From: Phaeosaccion multiseriatum
Taxonomy: Eukaryota > Protista > Ochrophyta, other classes
Reading direction: 5' to 3'
NCBI GenBank assembly: GCA_965112735.1
Contig: OZ218951.1
Coordinates: forward strand, 1,426,001-1,490,000
DNA: 64,000 nt
The position numbers and the translations under genes were made by a program. Shown here piece after piece: positions 38,969-51,654 of the stretch. Below the pieces are notes generated by a model. It was not told where the DNA came from and did no database searches. It saw nothing but the letters and a program-made list of their open reading frames with translations. Position 1 is the first letter of the stretch. Each line of letters starts with the position of its first letter.

Positions 38969-39137
38969 GACACTGGATATCGATCTCTATATCGCTGGTA
39001 GCTACATATCCTTTGTCGTGTTGGGATATGTGCCGAACATGTAGCTGCCACATGCATGTAGCTACGGGACGTGGAAAGCGTCTTATTAGCTACATAGAGT
39101 ACGAAGAGGAGAGAGAAAGAGATCGATATCCAGTGTC
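38969..39137. mobile_element. MITE-like element with 20-bp perfect terminal inverted repeats
   Basis: GACACTGGATATCGATCTCT (38969-38988) and AGAGATCGATATCCAGTGTC (39118-39137); internal TAGCTACAT/ATGTAGCTA repeats; no clear TSD. Confidence 0.5.
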
Positions 39138-39816
39138 GACATCGATAAAAAAAAAAAAAAAAAAAAAATATCGAGAACCGATCGATGTTTCGGTGGCTGG
39201 AGGCCCAGCCACATGATCAGCCAGGACTCCCTGTGCTGCTTTCTTCGCCAGACTGGCTGGCGGTCTGGCTGATACTCACACGATCCCACGATCCGAAGTA
39301 TGGATCCGCAAGTAAGAGTAAGATCAAAAAAAGAGAGAGAATGGACGCGGCGATTGGCGTAGTTCAGTGCATTTCACACTCACGGGGGGGGGAAGCGAAA
39401 CAAAAACTGCTCGACTCGGCGATGGAGGCGTTTGGCGGTGGGGGGGGGCTAGCTATAGGCCCCACTTTTTAGACCCTCCTGGCCCATACGTAAGGAAAAA
39501 GAGTTTCAATTTCCCAATTTTTTTTTTCCCTTTCCCACCATAGAACTGAACTGCAATACCAGCAGTTTGTTCAAACTCGCTAAAACAGTTGTTTGGGGTT
39601 GAAGGGGGGGGGGGGGGGGTAGTTTGGGTGTCTCTCATTGGGGACTGGCTGGGATCACTCCATCACTCTTCTCCCTCCTTCCCTTGGTTTGGGGGTCTAA
39701 TAAACTGAATCTGAAACCGAGGGTCGTGGGGTTTGGTCCCTCACGTCCCTTACGCACGCCCCATCCATCCAACAGTGTATATCCATCCATCCTTCCACTG
39801 CCATGCACCATCATCG

Positions 39817-40734
39817 TCAAGAGAACTCGAAGGAGTCTGCCACTTGCATGGCTACGCGACGTGCCCTCTCCTCAGGCGACGCGCAGCCCGCGGTTCGACC
39901 ACGACTACCACGCCTAGTGGCGGGCGGCGCCGAGAGGGGGCGAACTCTGGTTGCTATGGGGAGGAGGACTGTCGCACTCGTAGAGCTTGTCATGGTAGTA
40001 GATAGTACCCCGGTTTCTGCTGCTTTGCCACCGTCGTCGGACTCACTGCCGCCACGTCCCGCCTCCGGGCATGGGGGATCTATCCTCCACCAGCTCTGGT
40101 CGAGCTCCCGCATGTAATCCAAGGCGCCCGACACGAGAGAGTCCATGTATTGGGGCGGAACCACAGGGAAGAGAAGCCTGCGGAAGGGCCCGGGACCGTT
40201 CGCCAAGAACCGAAGCCGCCCTCTCCGTCTCCTCCTGCCCCTCCTGGTACTGCTTGATGCGCATGTGCTTGCTGTCGAGGCCAGACCGCCCCCGCGCTCT
40301 CCTCCTCCTCCTCCTCCTCCTCCTCCTCCTCCTCCTCCTGCTGCTGCTGCTGCTGCTCCTCCTTCACCCCCACCTCCTCCTCCAGCGGCCCTTCTCGACG
40401 GAGGAGCTGCACAAGAGGGAGCAGGGGAAGCCGCCACCGCCGCTGCTGCCACCGGAGCAAGAGGTGGGGCGGCTTCCGCAAATCCCGCCGCCTTGCCCTT
40501 CTTCCCTTCCAGCCTTGTGCCCTTCCTCCGCTTGGCATCTCTTCCACCCCCGCTGCCGCCGTGCTGCTGCTGCTGGCCCCTTGCCGTGTGAGCATCACCA
40601 CCACCACCCCGCACCTTCGGTGCTGCACCCCTCTTCTTGTCCTTCATCGCGGCGCTGCGCTCAGAGGAGGTGGACGCCTTCTTGCTCCGCGAGGTCGACG
40701 GCGATGGGGAAGGGGGCTCGGAAATGACAGCACC

Positions 40735-40771
<37 letters not shown>

Positions 40772-41719
40772 CTCTCTCGCCTCTGTGCTCCTCCTCCTCC
40801 TCCTCCTGCTCCTGCTCCTCCTCCGTCCCCTGCTCCTCCGTCTCCTCCGGCCTCTCTGATTGCGCTGACAGCAGCCACACAAGTTTGGTGCTGTGCCGAG
40901 CTCGACAGCAGCTTGGAATGGGCCTCCATAGCCCGACTCTTCCTCACAAACTCGTGTCGCATGCCCTGTAGGAGAGCCCCGGCCATACGGAGGCCCATCT
41001 CGACGGGGATGGAGTGGAGCACCGCGCTGCGGGGGCGGTCCGGGTCCGAGGAGAGAAACGCAGGCAGGGAGCAGGACGGGAGCAAGTACGGGCTCGTCCT
41101 GTTGCGTCCACGCTGCTGCTGCTGCTGTATCACCAACTGCTGGGGGCTGAGCTGGCCCTGGACGCGCCTCCTCCTTGCTGTGGCCCTTCTGGTCAGCTTC
41201 ACCGCTGTAATAGTGCCCATCCCTGCCCCTCCCCCTCCCTCTCCTTGATCGTTCATTGCCGTTGGTGCTTCGGACAAAGAAGCGTGCGGTCCCACGCCAT
41301 TCACACTTGCACCACCACCACCGCTGCTGCTTCCCTGCTGGCCGACAGTCTCCCTCGGTGGGCCCGCTATGGAAACAAATATCCTCCTTCCTTCAAGCGC
41401 TTGCTGCTGTTCCACAGACCCCCACGCCCCCGCCCCCGCCGCATCTCGACTGCCAACATTACTACTGTTACTATCTGCCCCGTCTACTGGGGCAAACTCA
41501 ACCTGATGTTGCCAATGCTGCGCCGTAACGTCCACCGTCAGCATACTCCCCCCTCCGCCCCAAGGAGCCCCCCCCAGGCCGCCTCCTCCTCCTCCTCCTC
41601 CTCCTCCTTCTCTACTCGTCCCAACGGGTCCAATTTCGATGCTTTGCTGCGGCACGTCGTTCTCCTCCCCCAGTCCATCCCCCCCAGCATCCCCTTCCTC
41701 CCCCTCATCCGTGTAGTAG

Positions 41720-41759
<40 letters not shown>

Positions 41760-42491
41760 GGTTAATGCTACTAGTGCTCTGTACACGAAGGCCGCGCCGC
41801 TCGAGAGCGAGCAGCAACTGGTGAAAGACAAGCTCTTGCCGGGCCCGCAGCACGCGAGAAATCTTCCTCCACCAGCGCTGAATGACCCTGCCCTCATGGT
41901 AGTAACTTTTGTAAGTCAACGAGTGGTTTAGGTGGACACATATCGCCACAGCGTGCACACACAGAGAGAGAGAGAGAGAGAGTTAGTAAAACAGGCCGGC
42001 TAACTACTGACTGCTGACTTGCAGCGCGGGTGGCTCATGAAGCAACCATATCCGTAAGTGCCTACCTACCTTCGAAGGCGAGACAGCCGCACACTCCTTC
42101 GAGCTTGCCGAGTGGCGGCGTCCAGCAAGACCACGAGGAGGAAGGACTTGAGCACCTCCGTAGCCTCGTCTCTCCGGCACTTCCTTGCCTGCCATGGTCA
42201 AGGGGGGGGGGGAGAGAGAGGAGAGGAGGCGTTTTGGGAGGAATGTACAACACATACACATACACGCGCGCAAACACGTACGCACACACACAAACAAGTG
42301 CACATACACACACACACACACACACATTCCTACGTACCTTGCGGTAGTGCAGTAGCATATCCGCGGCCCTAAGGCGAGCAATTGCGGCATGCTTCTTTTT
42401 GCGCTCGGCGCGGGAAAGGTTCCTGCGAAAGGCTCTCGCGAGAACACACGCACTCGTGTTGAGGGCCTGAGGCGACAAAGAAGGAGAGAGA

Positions 42492-42550
<59 letters not shown>

Positions 42551-45414
42551 CACCACAGGTGAGTAGGTATGTTGGAGGATAGGCCGTGCAGAGGTAAAGC
42601 GTGGTACGGGATCAGAGGAGGTGAAGATACCACAACAGATGCTCGAGTGCCTTCCGTTCCATAAACGTACAGCGATGGCACATGCAACTCGAGGATGGCT
42701 AGCTATACTCCCAACACAGGCAGATATGATGCGTGGGAGGAGGAGCAGAGAGCGAGAGGGCAAATGGTGACGGGGCGTGAGGCAGGGGGGTGAAGAAGCG
42801 AAACCGTCAAGCAACTCGCTCGCTCACTGATTGTCATCAACCAGCAGGGCCAAGCACCTAGGGAAGGCTTGAAAGGAGAGTCCCCACCTAGAACTGCTCG
42901 TGTGAAACTGAAACTGAAACTTGAAGTGCTCTCACCTTCTCCCGCTCTAGCTTCAGAAGTGGTCGTCGCCAGGTGAGGACGGCCTTTACCCGCGTCAAGT
43001 GTGTCAGCCACATGGCAGCCTATAGGAGGATGGCAATGGATGGGAGGAAGAGGGGGCACTACATGGCTGAATCTTCGTGTTAAGACCGACAGAGAGGGTA
43101 TAGACAGCACGCCGTATTCACTTGTTTGCCCACGGCCCCGAGCAAGAGCGAGCGAGTGAGCCGTGAAGAGCGGCTGGGTAGAGAGTAGAGCCTCCAGAGA
43201 GAGTGAGAGAAAGAGAGAAGAGAAAGAGAGCGAGAGAGAAAAACCGAGAGAGAAAAACCGAGAGCATTATCCACCCACCTGCGTCCTACGCTGCTCTAGA
43301 GAGATGGCCCTGTGCTTGCGCTGAAGGGCGGCATGTTCCTTGGCCGCCTTGAGTGCATCCTTTTCCTCCGCGAGGTGCCGCAGCTTCACTCGGCAGCTTT
43401 GCTCCCTCCTGAGCTGCTCCGCGGAGGTGACTTGCCTGAAGAGGAGGAGGAGGATTGGGGAGGATGGAGGAGTCCGAGGAGGAGGAGGAGGAGGAGGAGG
43501 AGGAGGAGGAGGAGGAGGAGGAGGAGGACGAAGATTAAGACTGTGATTCAAACTGGCTGTTCTACCTAAGATAGTGCGTCTGTTTTCGAGGCATCAGGTA
43601 GCACAGCAAGTAGTCCAAACACCCACCCGCAGCACCTGTCCATACCTGATTGCTTGCTTGGTTTCCCGCGTGAGGAGAGGAGCAGTGAGAGTGTTTGCGT
43701 ACGCGCCAGCCCCCTTGAGCTGCAGGACGAGCTTCGCTCTCGCCAATGACAGGGGAATCCCTGGAGTCGGAGTGGTCTGACGGCCCCCGCCACCACTGGG
43801 GAAGAGCCCTGGTGGAGGGTATGACGCTGTGGGGTCTGCCATAAAGGAGGGGGCAGAGCGCGGTCGTCTGAGGTACAGGAGTTGTTCGGGGGGGCATGAG
43901 GGTGGCCGTAGTGAGACGGAGGGGGGGGGGGGAGGTGGAACAAGAGAAAAAAGGGAGAGAAAGAGAGAGGGATAGCGAGAGAGAATAGGAGAGAGATAAA
44001 GAGAGAGAGTGAGAGACTCAAAGACCGAGGGAGAGAGAGGCTGCGAGCAAGGACGTTCCCGAGAGGAAAGAAACTTTGAGGTGGGCATACAGGTCACCTT
44101 AAGCTACACGTGATGCAACACTACACCGGTGTCTACGAAGAGAAGAGGTGTAACCGACCCGGGGAGGAGAGCCCCCCCCCAGCACTATTACCCCTTCCGT
44201 TGGAAGATACTTACACTGTAGACCGGCGGCTTTCCTTTCGCCTCCTTGCTCCTCCTTCGTTGTGTGCCTCCGCTGCTACTGTATCCCCAGCTGTTGCTGC
44301 GGAATGTGCACCTCCAGGAATTGTGCATTGTAAAGTAGAGTCGAAATCAACTTCCAGAGGCCCCAATATTGATCCACCCTCGCTCCTCCCTCCTCCTTGC
44401 TGCGACCCCTCATCTGCTTCTGGCCATCCCCTGCCGATTGTCACCCTCTCTCCCGCTGGTCCTGCCGCTGCTGCTTCTACCGATTCTTCCGTAGGCCCTT
44501 CATCTTGCTCAGGCTTCACTCCCTCTCTGTCTCCTTCGGGAATGAGGCCCTCCCCCTGCTGTTTGTGGCGGCCTTCCCTGGCCCCTTGATCCTCCTCCTC
44601 CTCTTTGAGGAACATTGTCCTCTCGAGGAAGGTGCTCATCATCGTGCTGCACAGCGTCGGGGCCTCCCCGCGATCCTCCCCCCCCCCTCCTCCTCCTCCT
44701 CCTCCTGGAAGACCATTTTCACTCGCCGGTGCGGCAGCTTGTTTCGTCGAAGCAAACAGCATCATGCTTTCGTTAAAGCGCAAAGCTGACACGAGTCGGT
44801 CTACCTCTCGCCTGCTTCTCTTGCCCTCGCCGCCCCCCGTTCCGCCATGCTGGCCGGGTTGGCGTGGGCGTGTGCGCCGTAGAGGTGGAGCGCGACTCTC
44901 CAGGATGCCCTGCACTCGAGAGTCCAGCCCCTCTCTGTGGCGAACTCCCCATGGGTAGTTGGTGCGTTTGAAGGCGATGTTGGACAGGGCGAGACAGGGA
45001 GCAGGGGGCAAGGGGCACGACACAAGGGGGCTGTTTAGAACGCTGGGAAAAATCCCATCTAGACCCACCGCCCAGCCCAGCCCAGCCCAGCCCAGCCCAG
45101 CCCAGCAATTGGACATCCCTCTCTTCTTTTCCTCTCCCTCCCCCTCCTCCTTCTTCCTACCTTACACTCCCTCCTTCCTCCCACCTGAGCTTCTCATTCG
45201 CTCGTAGCTCCGCTAGACGCCTCTCGACGGCTTCTTCGTGTCTGCCTTTCCCTCGATGTCCTTCGGGGCCCACGCCACCCCCATGCGAAGCAAGAGCAAG
45301 AGCAGGAGAAGGGACAAAGTGGTGGCCAGTCACGCCTGCGGTACTGTCCTCACGCCGGTGCGACGGAGCCGTGCTGGGGCGCACTCTACCCGAGCCGAAG
45401 CGCGAAGCCTCCAT
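39817..45414 (-). CDS. Large low-complexity protein with IQ-like motifs, function unknown, multi-exon
   Basis: Long ORFs 44211-45116 and 39817-41958 with GT-AG boundaries; IQ-like segments RVIQRWWRKISRVLRAR and VLARAFRRNLSRAERKK. Confidence 0.55.
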
Positions 45415-45640
45415 CACAAAACTCTCTCTCTCCTCTCTTACTTAAGTGTTTCCTTTACCGCCGTCGGATTATATCATCAAGCGTTACGTTTTTTCTCTCC
45501 CTCTCCCTTACATTCACCCACTGACTGGTTGCGCCGGCGATAGCAGATAGCACGCCGATTGGTCGCCGGCGATGGCGAAAAGCACGCCGGCTGGCGCCGG
45601 CGATAGCAGATAGCGGATAGCACTTCAGGGGTCGATTACA

Positions 45641-45972
45641 TCACCACGTTCTATAGAGGTACCTTACGCAGAGGCGCACGCCGAACACAAATCTCCTCCA
45701 AGCGTCAGACATGTTGGAGCCTTCCCTCGCCCCTTGCCCCCCCTGCCCACTCCCACCGCTCCCACTTTGCGAGTGAATGGTGCTTCCCGCTTCGTGGGTC
45801 CCCCACTCTCCTCCCCAACCCCCCTCCGCCCCTCCTCCTCCTCCTCCTCCTCCTCCTCCTCCCCCGTATCCTCCTTCTCGATATCCGCCCTCCGTCACCC
45901 CTCCTCCTCCTTCTTGCTCATATTCCCCCCCCATTCCTCCTCCTCCTCCTCCTCCTCCTCCTCCTCCTCCTC

Positions 45973-46003
<31 letters not shown>

Positions 46004-46331
46004 TTCTTCCCCTCCCGGCCGAAACACCGCTACCAGCACCCCGAGCCAAGTGATAATATCGAGAGGGTCTAGCCCGACGTCTATGAGCGGATAGCAAAGC
46101 TTCGCCACGATGTCCTCTAACACGTCCTTACACTCCTTACTCTGCCCCAGACCTGCCCCGAGAAGCGCCAATGTGCGAATGCCGTTCCGGAGCTTCGTCT
46201 CCACCACATGCTGCTGGTTGGAGTGTGCGTTATGGTTGTAGTGGTCGGGCATATACTGCTGCTGCTGCTGCTGCTGCCCCTGCTGCTGGTTCCCCTGCCC
46301 CTGCTGGTTCCCCTGGTGCACCTGCCCCTGG

Positions 46332-46375
<44 letters not shown>

Positions 46376-47409
46376 ATGATTATGGTCCTTCCTCCGCCTC
46401 CCCCCGCTCGCCCCGCTGCTAGAGACTGAGCCGGCGGTCAGGAAGGGAAGGTGCGGCAAGGAAGCTTGGTGAAGCGTGCCGAGGTAAGCTCCCCTCCGAC
46501 TGTGTTCTCCCAACAGCTCCTGGCGGACGTGCCTCAGCTGCCCCAGCCACACCTTATCCAAATCCAACCCCCAGCAATCGTCCAACCCGGCCTGCAGTGC
46601 GTGCTGGATAACAAGGCGTCTGGGAATCATCGTCGCCTCCGTCTGGCCAGGGCCAAGGCCCACACTCGCTGAGCTTCCTTCTCGTGCTTCTCGTCCGTCT
46701 TCTCTTCTCCCTCCAGCTGCTGCGACGGCTGTTGCACCCCCTTCTAAAACCCCAGCCGCAATACCATTCTCGCCTCCTCCTCCGCCCTCTCCTTCTCCTC
46801 CTCCTGTTGCTGCTGCTGCTGCAGCAGCAGCATTATCTTCTTCCGCGGCGGCTCGTCGAGCAGCCTTCGCGTCCCTCAGATCCAGGCCTTCCTCCGCCGC
46901 AAACACGGAGTGCCCTGCCCCCACAAACATATTCATCATCACCATCCCGCACCAGCACAACTCCTCTGCTAGCAGGTGCGCGGTGTAGCGTTTCCCGCTC
47001 TGGATAGTGAAGCGGAGATGCAGCAGGAAGAGAACTGACGTGTACCTGCATGCCAGCGACTCCGGTAGAAGCCACTTGTCGAGCACGTCCTGGGTAGGAT
47101 TGGGTTTGTGTTCGGTTTGAGGTAGGGGAGCACGAGAAGAGGGAGGGGAACGTGTGGAGCTCTTTCGTCACCCAAACGAACACCTGCACACACACACACG
47201 ACACACACACCCTCTCTCTATTTTATATACATTTACTCAAGCACTCACTCACCTGCACGACAATGCACTGAAACTGCGTACTCTCCTCCAACGCCGTCAT
47301 GACCCTTCGCAAATTATCGAACTGACGACGGCAGCTCCGGAGCGATACCTGGGAGGGAGCGAAGCGGAGGGAGGGGAGGGAGGGAGGCAGGGAGGGAGGG
47401 GGAGAGAGG

Positions 47410-47458
<49 letters not shown>

Positions 47459-48972
47459 AGGAGAGAGAGAGGGAGGGAGGGAGGGAGGGAGGGAGGGAGG
47501 GAGGGAGGAAGGAAGGAAGGGAGGGAGGGAGGGAGCGAGAAGGAAGGAAGGAAGGGAGGGAGGGAGGGAGGCAGGGAGGGAGGGAGCGAAGCGGAGGGAG
47601 GGGAGTCAGGCCGGAGGGAGAGGGAGGGAGGGAGGGAGGGAGGGAGGGAGGGAGGGAGCGAAGCGGAGGTAGGAAGGGAGGGAGGTAGGAGGGATGGAGG
47701 GGGGAAGAAAGGCATGGGAGGAAGGGAGGGAAGGGAAGGGGGGGGGGGTGGTGAGAGGGACCGGTGGGGTGGGAGAGACTGAGGTCAAGGATACAGTCGC
47801 TCGTTTTGGTTGGGCCGTTGTTCGGCTCGCGGATCTAGAGAAACAAAAACCCCTTTCACACAAGCTTGCGCAGTAAGTTGGTCATGGAAAGAAGAGAGTA
47901 GTACGCGAAACAACACAACACACAACACGAACGACACCACCACCACCACCAACAACAACATCAGTAGACCGTGCAGGCAAGCAAGTAAGTAAGCAACCTC
48001 CCCCATACCTTGGTGGCTTCGCTAACATCATCGAGATCCTTCCTCGTCTTGGAGTTGAGCTTCTTGCCTACGATTCGCAGCAGAGTTTTAGATGAAATCA
48101 ATTGGACGATGATTAAGACATGGACATCACATACCGACATCGAATGCTGCCTGCCTACGAACTCACTGCTTACCTAGGATCTCTCGCACGACGTTGTCAT
48201 CCAGCGAGTAGTACTGTTCGACCATCCACAGCTGGGCGGCGGGCGGGAGCTGGATCTTGATTTGCTCGCGGAGGAGCTCGGGATTGCAGAGGTAGTGCTC
48301 GAAAAACATGAAGACCTGCAGTAGAGATAGCAAGGGGCAAGGTGTAAGTGAGTGGCCGGGGAGGGGGCTTGTGAAGGGCTTGTTGCTATTGTTGATTGCT
48401 GTTTGGCCATGATATTCTGCCCCGAGAAGCCGAGAAGGGAAAATAAACCACCAGAGCGTCTTGAAGCGGTAGCGTGCAGGCAGTCGTGGGTTCCTGCCCC
48501 TGCTACAGTCAGTACAAGGAAGCCTCAATCAATCGCACACACACACACACACACACCTGAAACAGGTCCTCTGTCTCCTGGATGAAGAACACCTCGAGTT
48601 GTCGGGCTTCGGCGGTCTCCTCCGCTGCGCTTGGCTCCTCAACGGTAGACGCCCTCCGCCGCATCGAGAGGCCCTTCACGTGCCACATGGGCATTCAATC
48701 ATTGACACCACACAAACGAGAGAGAGAGAGGTGATTGGTAAAGTCTTGCTCAAGGATATCATGTACTCTGTGGCACATCATTCACTCACCCTCGCCTTCC
48801 CAACGCCTCCAATGTCCAAAGCTGCCCGTCGTGCTGTGTCTCTGAACTCCCTCAGCCGCTCACGCACCACTGTCTGAACGTTGAAGCCCTGCAGCCACCA
48901 CTTGAACACATCGTGATCGGGCTCATCCGCGACCAGGCCGATGGAAACCGGGTCGGTCACGATGATGTCCAT
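45641..48972 (-). CDS. FIBP: Acidic FGF intracellular-binding protein homolog, multi-exon
   Basis: MDIIVTD..DHDVFKWWLQGFNV; FMFFEHYLCNPELLREQIKIQLPP..MVEQYYSLDDNVVREILG|KKLNSKTRKDLDDVSEAT; C-terminal DAWRRFVFGVRLCVRYLY. Confidence 0.88.
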
Positions 48973-49140
48973 CCCCTCGCTTTGGAACAAAACTATATAT
49001 ACACACGAGAGTGATAAAGCTAAACGAGCGGTATCGGTCTACTCCTTACAGACTCCTGCGTGAACCTCACAAAGCTAAAGTCTTGAGCTATCTCCCCTCT
49101 CTCTCGGGTCGGAGGGAAGGACATATCGGGCGCCGGAGGG

Positions 49141-51600
49141 GAACTTTATTGACTTAATAGGAATCACCTAAGAAACTGAAAGTGTGGAAGTGTGTGTGTG
49201 TGTGTGTGTGTGTGTGTAGGTGTCGCTGTGTCTCCGGGGCCCTCGAGGGGCGGGTTACTCCCCCTCTAGGGCGGGGAGGGGGAGTGCGGGACCGGCTCCG
49301 CGGTTGAGCCGACCCAGGAAGGCGCGCTCCCGCTCCGAGAGCCACATCTGGTGGCTGCAGCTGACGAGGCGACGTAGTCTTGTCAGGACGTGGCCCTTGG
49401 TGGTGGAGGAGCCCGTGCGGCCAGTGCGGGTGACCACGTGCTCGGCGAGTGCGTGCAGGAGCGATTGCGCCTGTGCGCCGAGTCGGCCGTGGGTCTCGAT
49501 GGCGAAGGTGGAGAGGCGAACACGCTCTCGGTCGTAGGTGCCCCTGTAGTGTCGCTCCTTGCGGGTCTCGCTGTTGGCGGCTGCCGCTCCCGGTCTAATG
49601 TCCGTGCGGAGCACATTCAAGGCCGTCCTGCAGAGGTTGTTACTCAGGGTTAGGTCAAGCATGTGCGCCGGGTGGGCAAAGGTTGGGTCGCGGGCTCCGG
49701 AGAGGGCGCCTCGGGGGAGGGTGGCGTCCATGCGGAAGGTCCGGGCGATGTTGTGCGGGGGGTTGAAGAACTCCGAGCTCTCGTGTCCGACGCGGGAAAC
49801 GTAGTTCTGCTTGAACATGTCCTCGACGGAGGAGAGCATCCCGGTGTGGTAGAGAGTGCTCTGGTTGGGGCACTGGATGGCGTGAGAGGAGTCGGCGCGT
49901 GTGTTGCAGCGGGTGCAGACTAGTGCGTCGGGTTCTCCAGGGCTGTAGAGGCAGTTGATGCCGAGGGAGCGTCGTAGGGCCCCTACCATGTCTTGGGCCG
50001 GCATGGAGACCTGTCCAGGTGAGGTGGCGATGAAGCCCATGGCCCCGTCGCTGCTCTGGCTCAGGTGCCGAGACTTGGCCTGTCGGCGAGACTCCATGCC
50101 GGTATCGGCAGCAGCAGCGTCGTCGGGGAGTCGGTCCAGTGAGGCGCGGTACTTGTCCCGGCGTTGCGGCGCTAGGCATCTCTGCAGGGCGCGCTGCGTC
50201 TGCTGCTGCGGGGCCCAGTTGCCCTGGGCGAGGCTGGTGTCGAAGGCGTCCTCGGCTCGTTGGCGGTCCGCTGCTGAGGTGAGCGCGAGGTTGACCAGGG
50301 GGAGGGGGAGATTCATCTCCAGGTCTTGTCGGGAGAGGGTCCCGTCTTCGGCGGCGGCCTGGATGGTGGTGACGATGTTTTGGACGGAGCTACTCTGGCG
50401 GAGGGCTGGGGCGAGGTCGCGTAGGTCCGCCTCTGGCCAGATGGCTCCCGGTGTGACCACTGACTGGAAGGTGTCGGCAGCTGCGCCCAGGTAGGCTGGT
50501 ATGGCGGTGTTGGTGAGGGAGAGGGAGCCCCAACCCTCCGCCAGAGTAGCTCCGTCCAAAACATCGTCACCACCATCCAGGCCGCCGCCGAAGTCACCTC
50601 CGCACGCGCCACCGCCAATGGACCATCGCCGCACACCCCGGCCGCTACGCTAAGCCCAACAACGCCGACCACCGCAGAGTCATCCGGCAGGCACTCATCA
50701 ACGCCAACTGGCACTCGGGACCAGGCCCCTCAGGCCTCCGCTACTCCCACCTGAAGGACATGCTTCAAGACCCCGCCCACGGCACCGACCTCCTCCTCCT
50801 CCTTGTCAACGAGTTCCCCCTTGCCCACGAGTCCTTGGGCAAACTCCCGGAGTACTTCCACGGCCTCTTCACCCATGCCTGCCTCGACGCTCTCGGCGAG
50901 AAACGACGCCCCATCGCCGTAAAGGAGACGCTCCTACAAGCCCGCCTACCAGGAGGCATTCGAGAGCGTCGGCCAGCTTGGCGTCGCGACGAAGAACGGC
51001 ACGGAGAAAGTCGCCAAATCCGCCCAACTGCTCCACGACATGGGCTACTGGGTCGCTACCAGCGACCTCCGCAACGCCCATAACGAAGTCACAACCGCGG
51101 CCACGCTCACGGGAACCGCCCTCAAAGGACTCGTCTTCCCCACTGTCAAACACCTCCACAAGAACCTCCACTTCGCCACCTTCTACCTCCACATCGGCCG
51201 GCAACTCATCACCTCCATCCGCGCCGCCCTGGAACCGGCTGCCCCAGAGGACGCATGGAACACCGCTCGGGCCTGGCTCAACTTTCGGCAACTCCTCCCC
51301 GCCCTCATCCTCGGCCACGCCCCCAAGTACTCACGCGCCCAAATGGCCAACGACGTCTACAACCTCGTCATTGAGGAGCACGTTCGCAGGCTCATTGCAA
51401 ACGCCCAAGCCCGCCGCCCCCGACAAGACCCCGTACGCTCGGATGCAGCCAAACGATCGTGGGCTGCCGGACTCACCGCACGACCCGGAGGCATCAGCAA
51501 GGCAGCCAGCGCGCTCTCCTCGACAGAGCATCAACCCCCCCGCAACCAGGCCACCTTCGACATCCTCGCCGCCAAGCACCCACGCGAGGCACTCACAGAT
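49141..51600. mobile_element. Rearranged, non-autonomous CRE-like non-LTR retrotransposon with restriction-like endonuclease
   Basis: Minus strand 49255-50527: CCHC knuckle CTRC..DSSHAIQC, RLE motifs FRMD, LDLT, ETRKERHY and FAIETHGRLG, plus a 3' UTR with (CA)n and AATAAA. Plus strand 50528-51600: RT domain 0-3 remnants (SGPGPSGLRYSHL, RPIAVKETL, GQLGV..GTE, DLRNAHNEV) and the pre-RT block GGISKAASALSS..TFDILAAKHP. No QG.P or YxDD motif seen. Confidence 0.85.
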
Positions 51601-51654
51601 GGCGGTTACGGGGAGCCTCTCCTCTTTAATTCCCTCTTTTCGCTTCCTTCCTCC

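Noticed and set aside
39380-39740. Possible DNA transposon end (G-runs, short TTAGACCC/GGGTCTAA inverted match)
   Set aside because: The match is too short, with no TSD or coding remnant visible.
49255-50634. Intact stand-alone endonuclease gene
   Set aside because: The ORF's N-terminus is created by the inversion junction; it is the truncated 3' half of a retrotransposon ORF.
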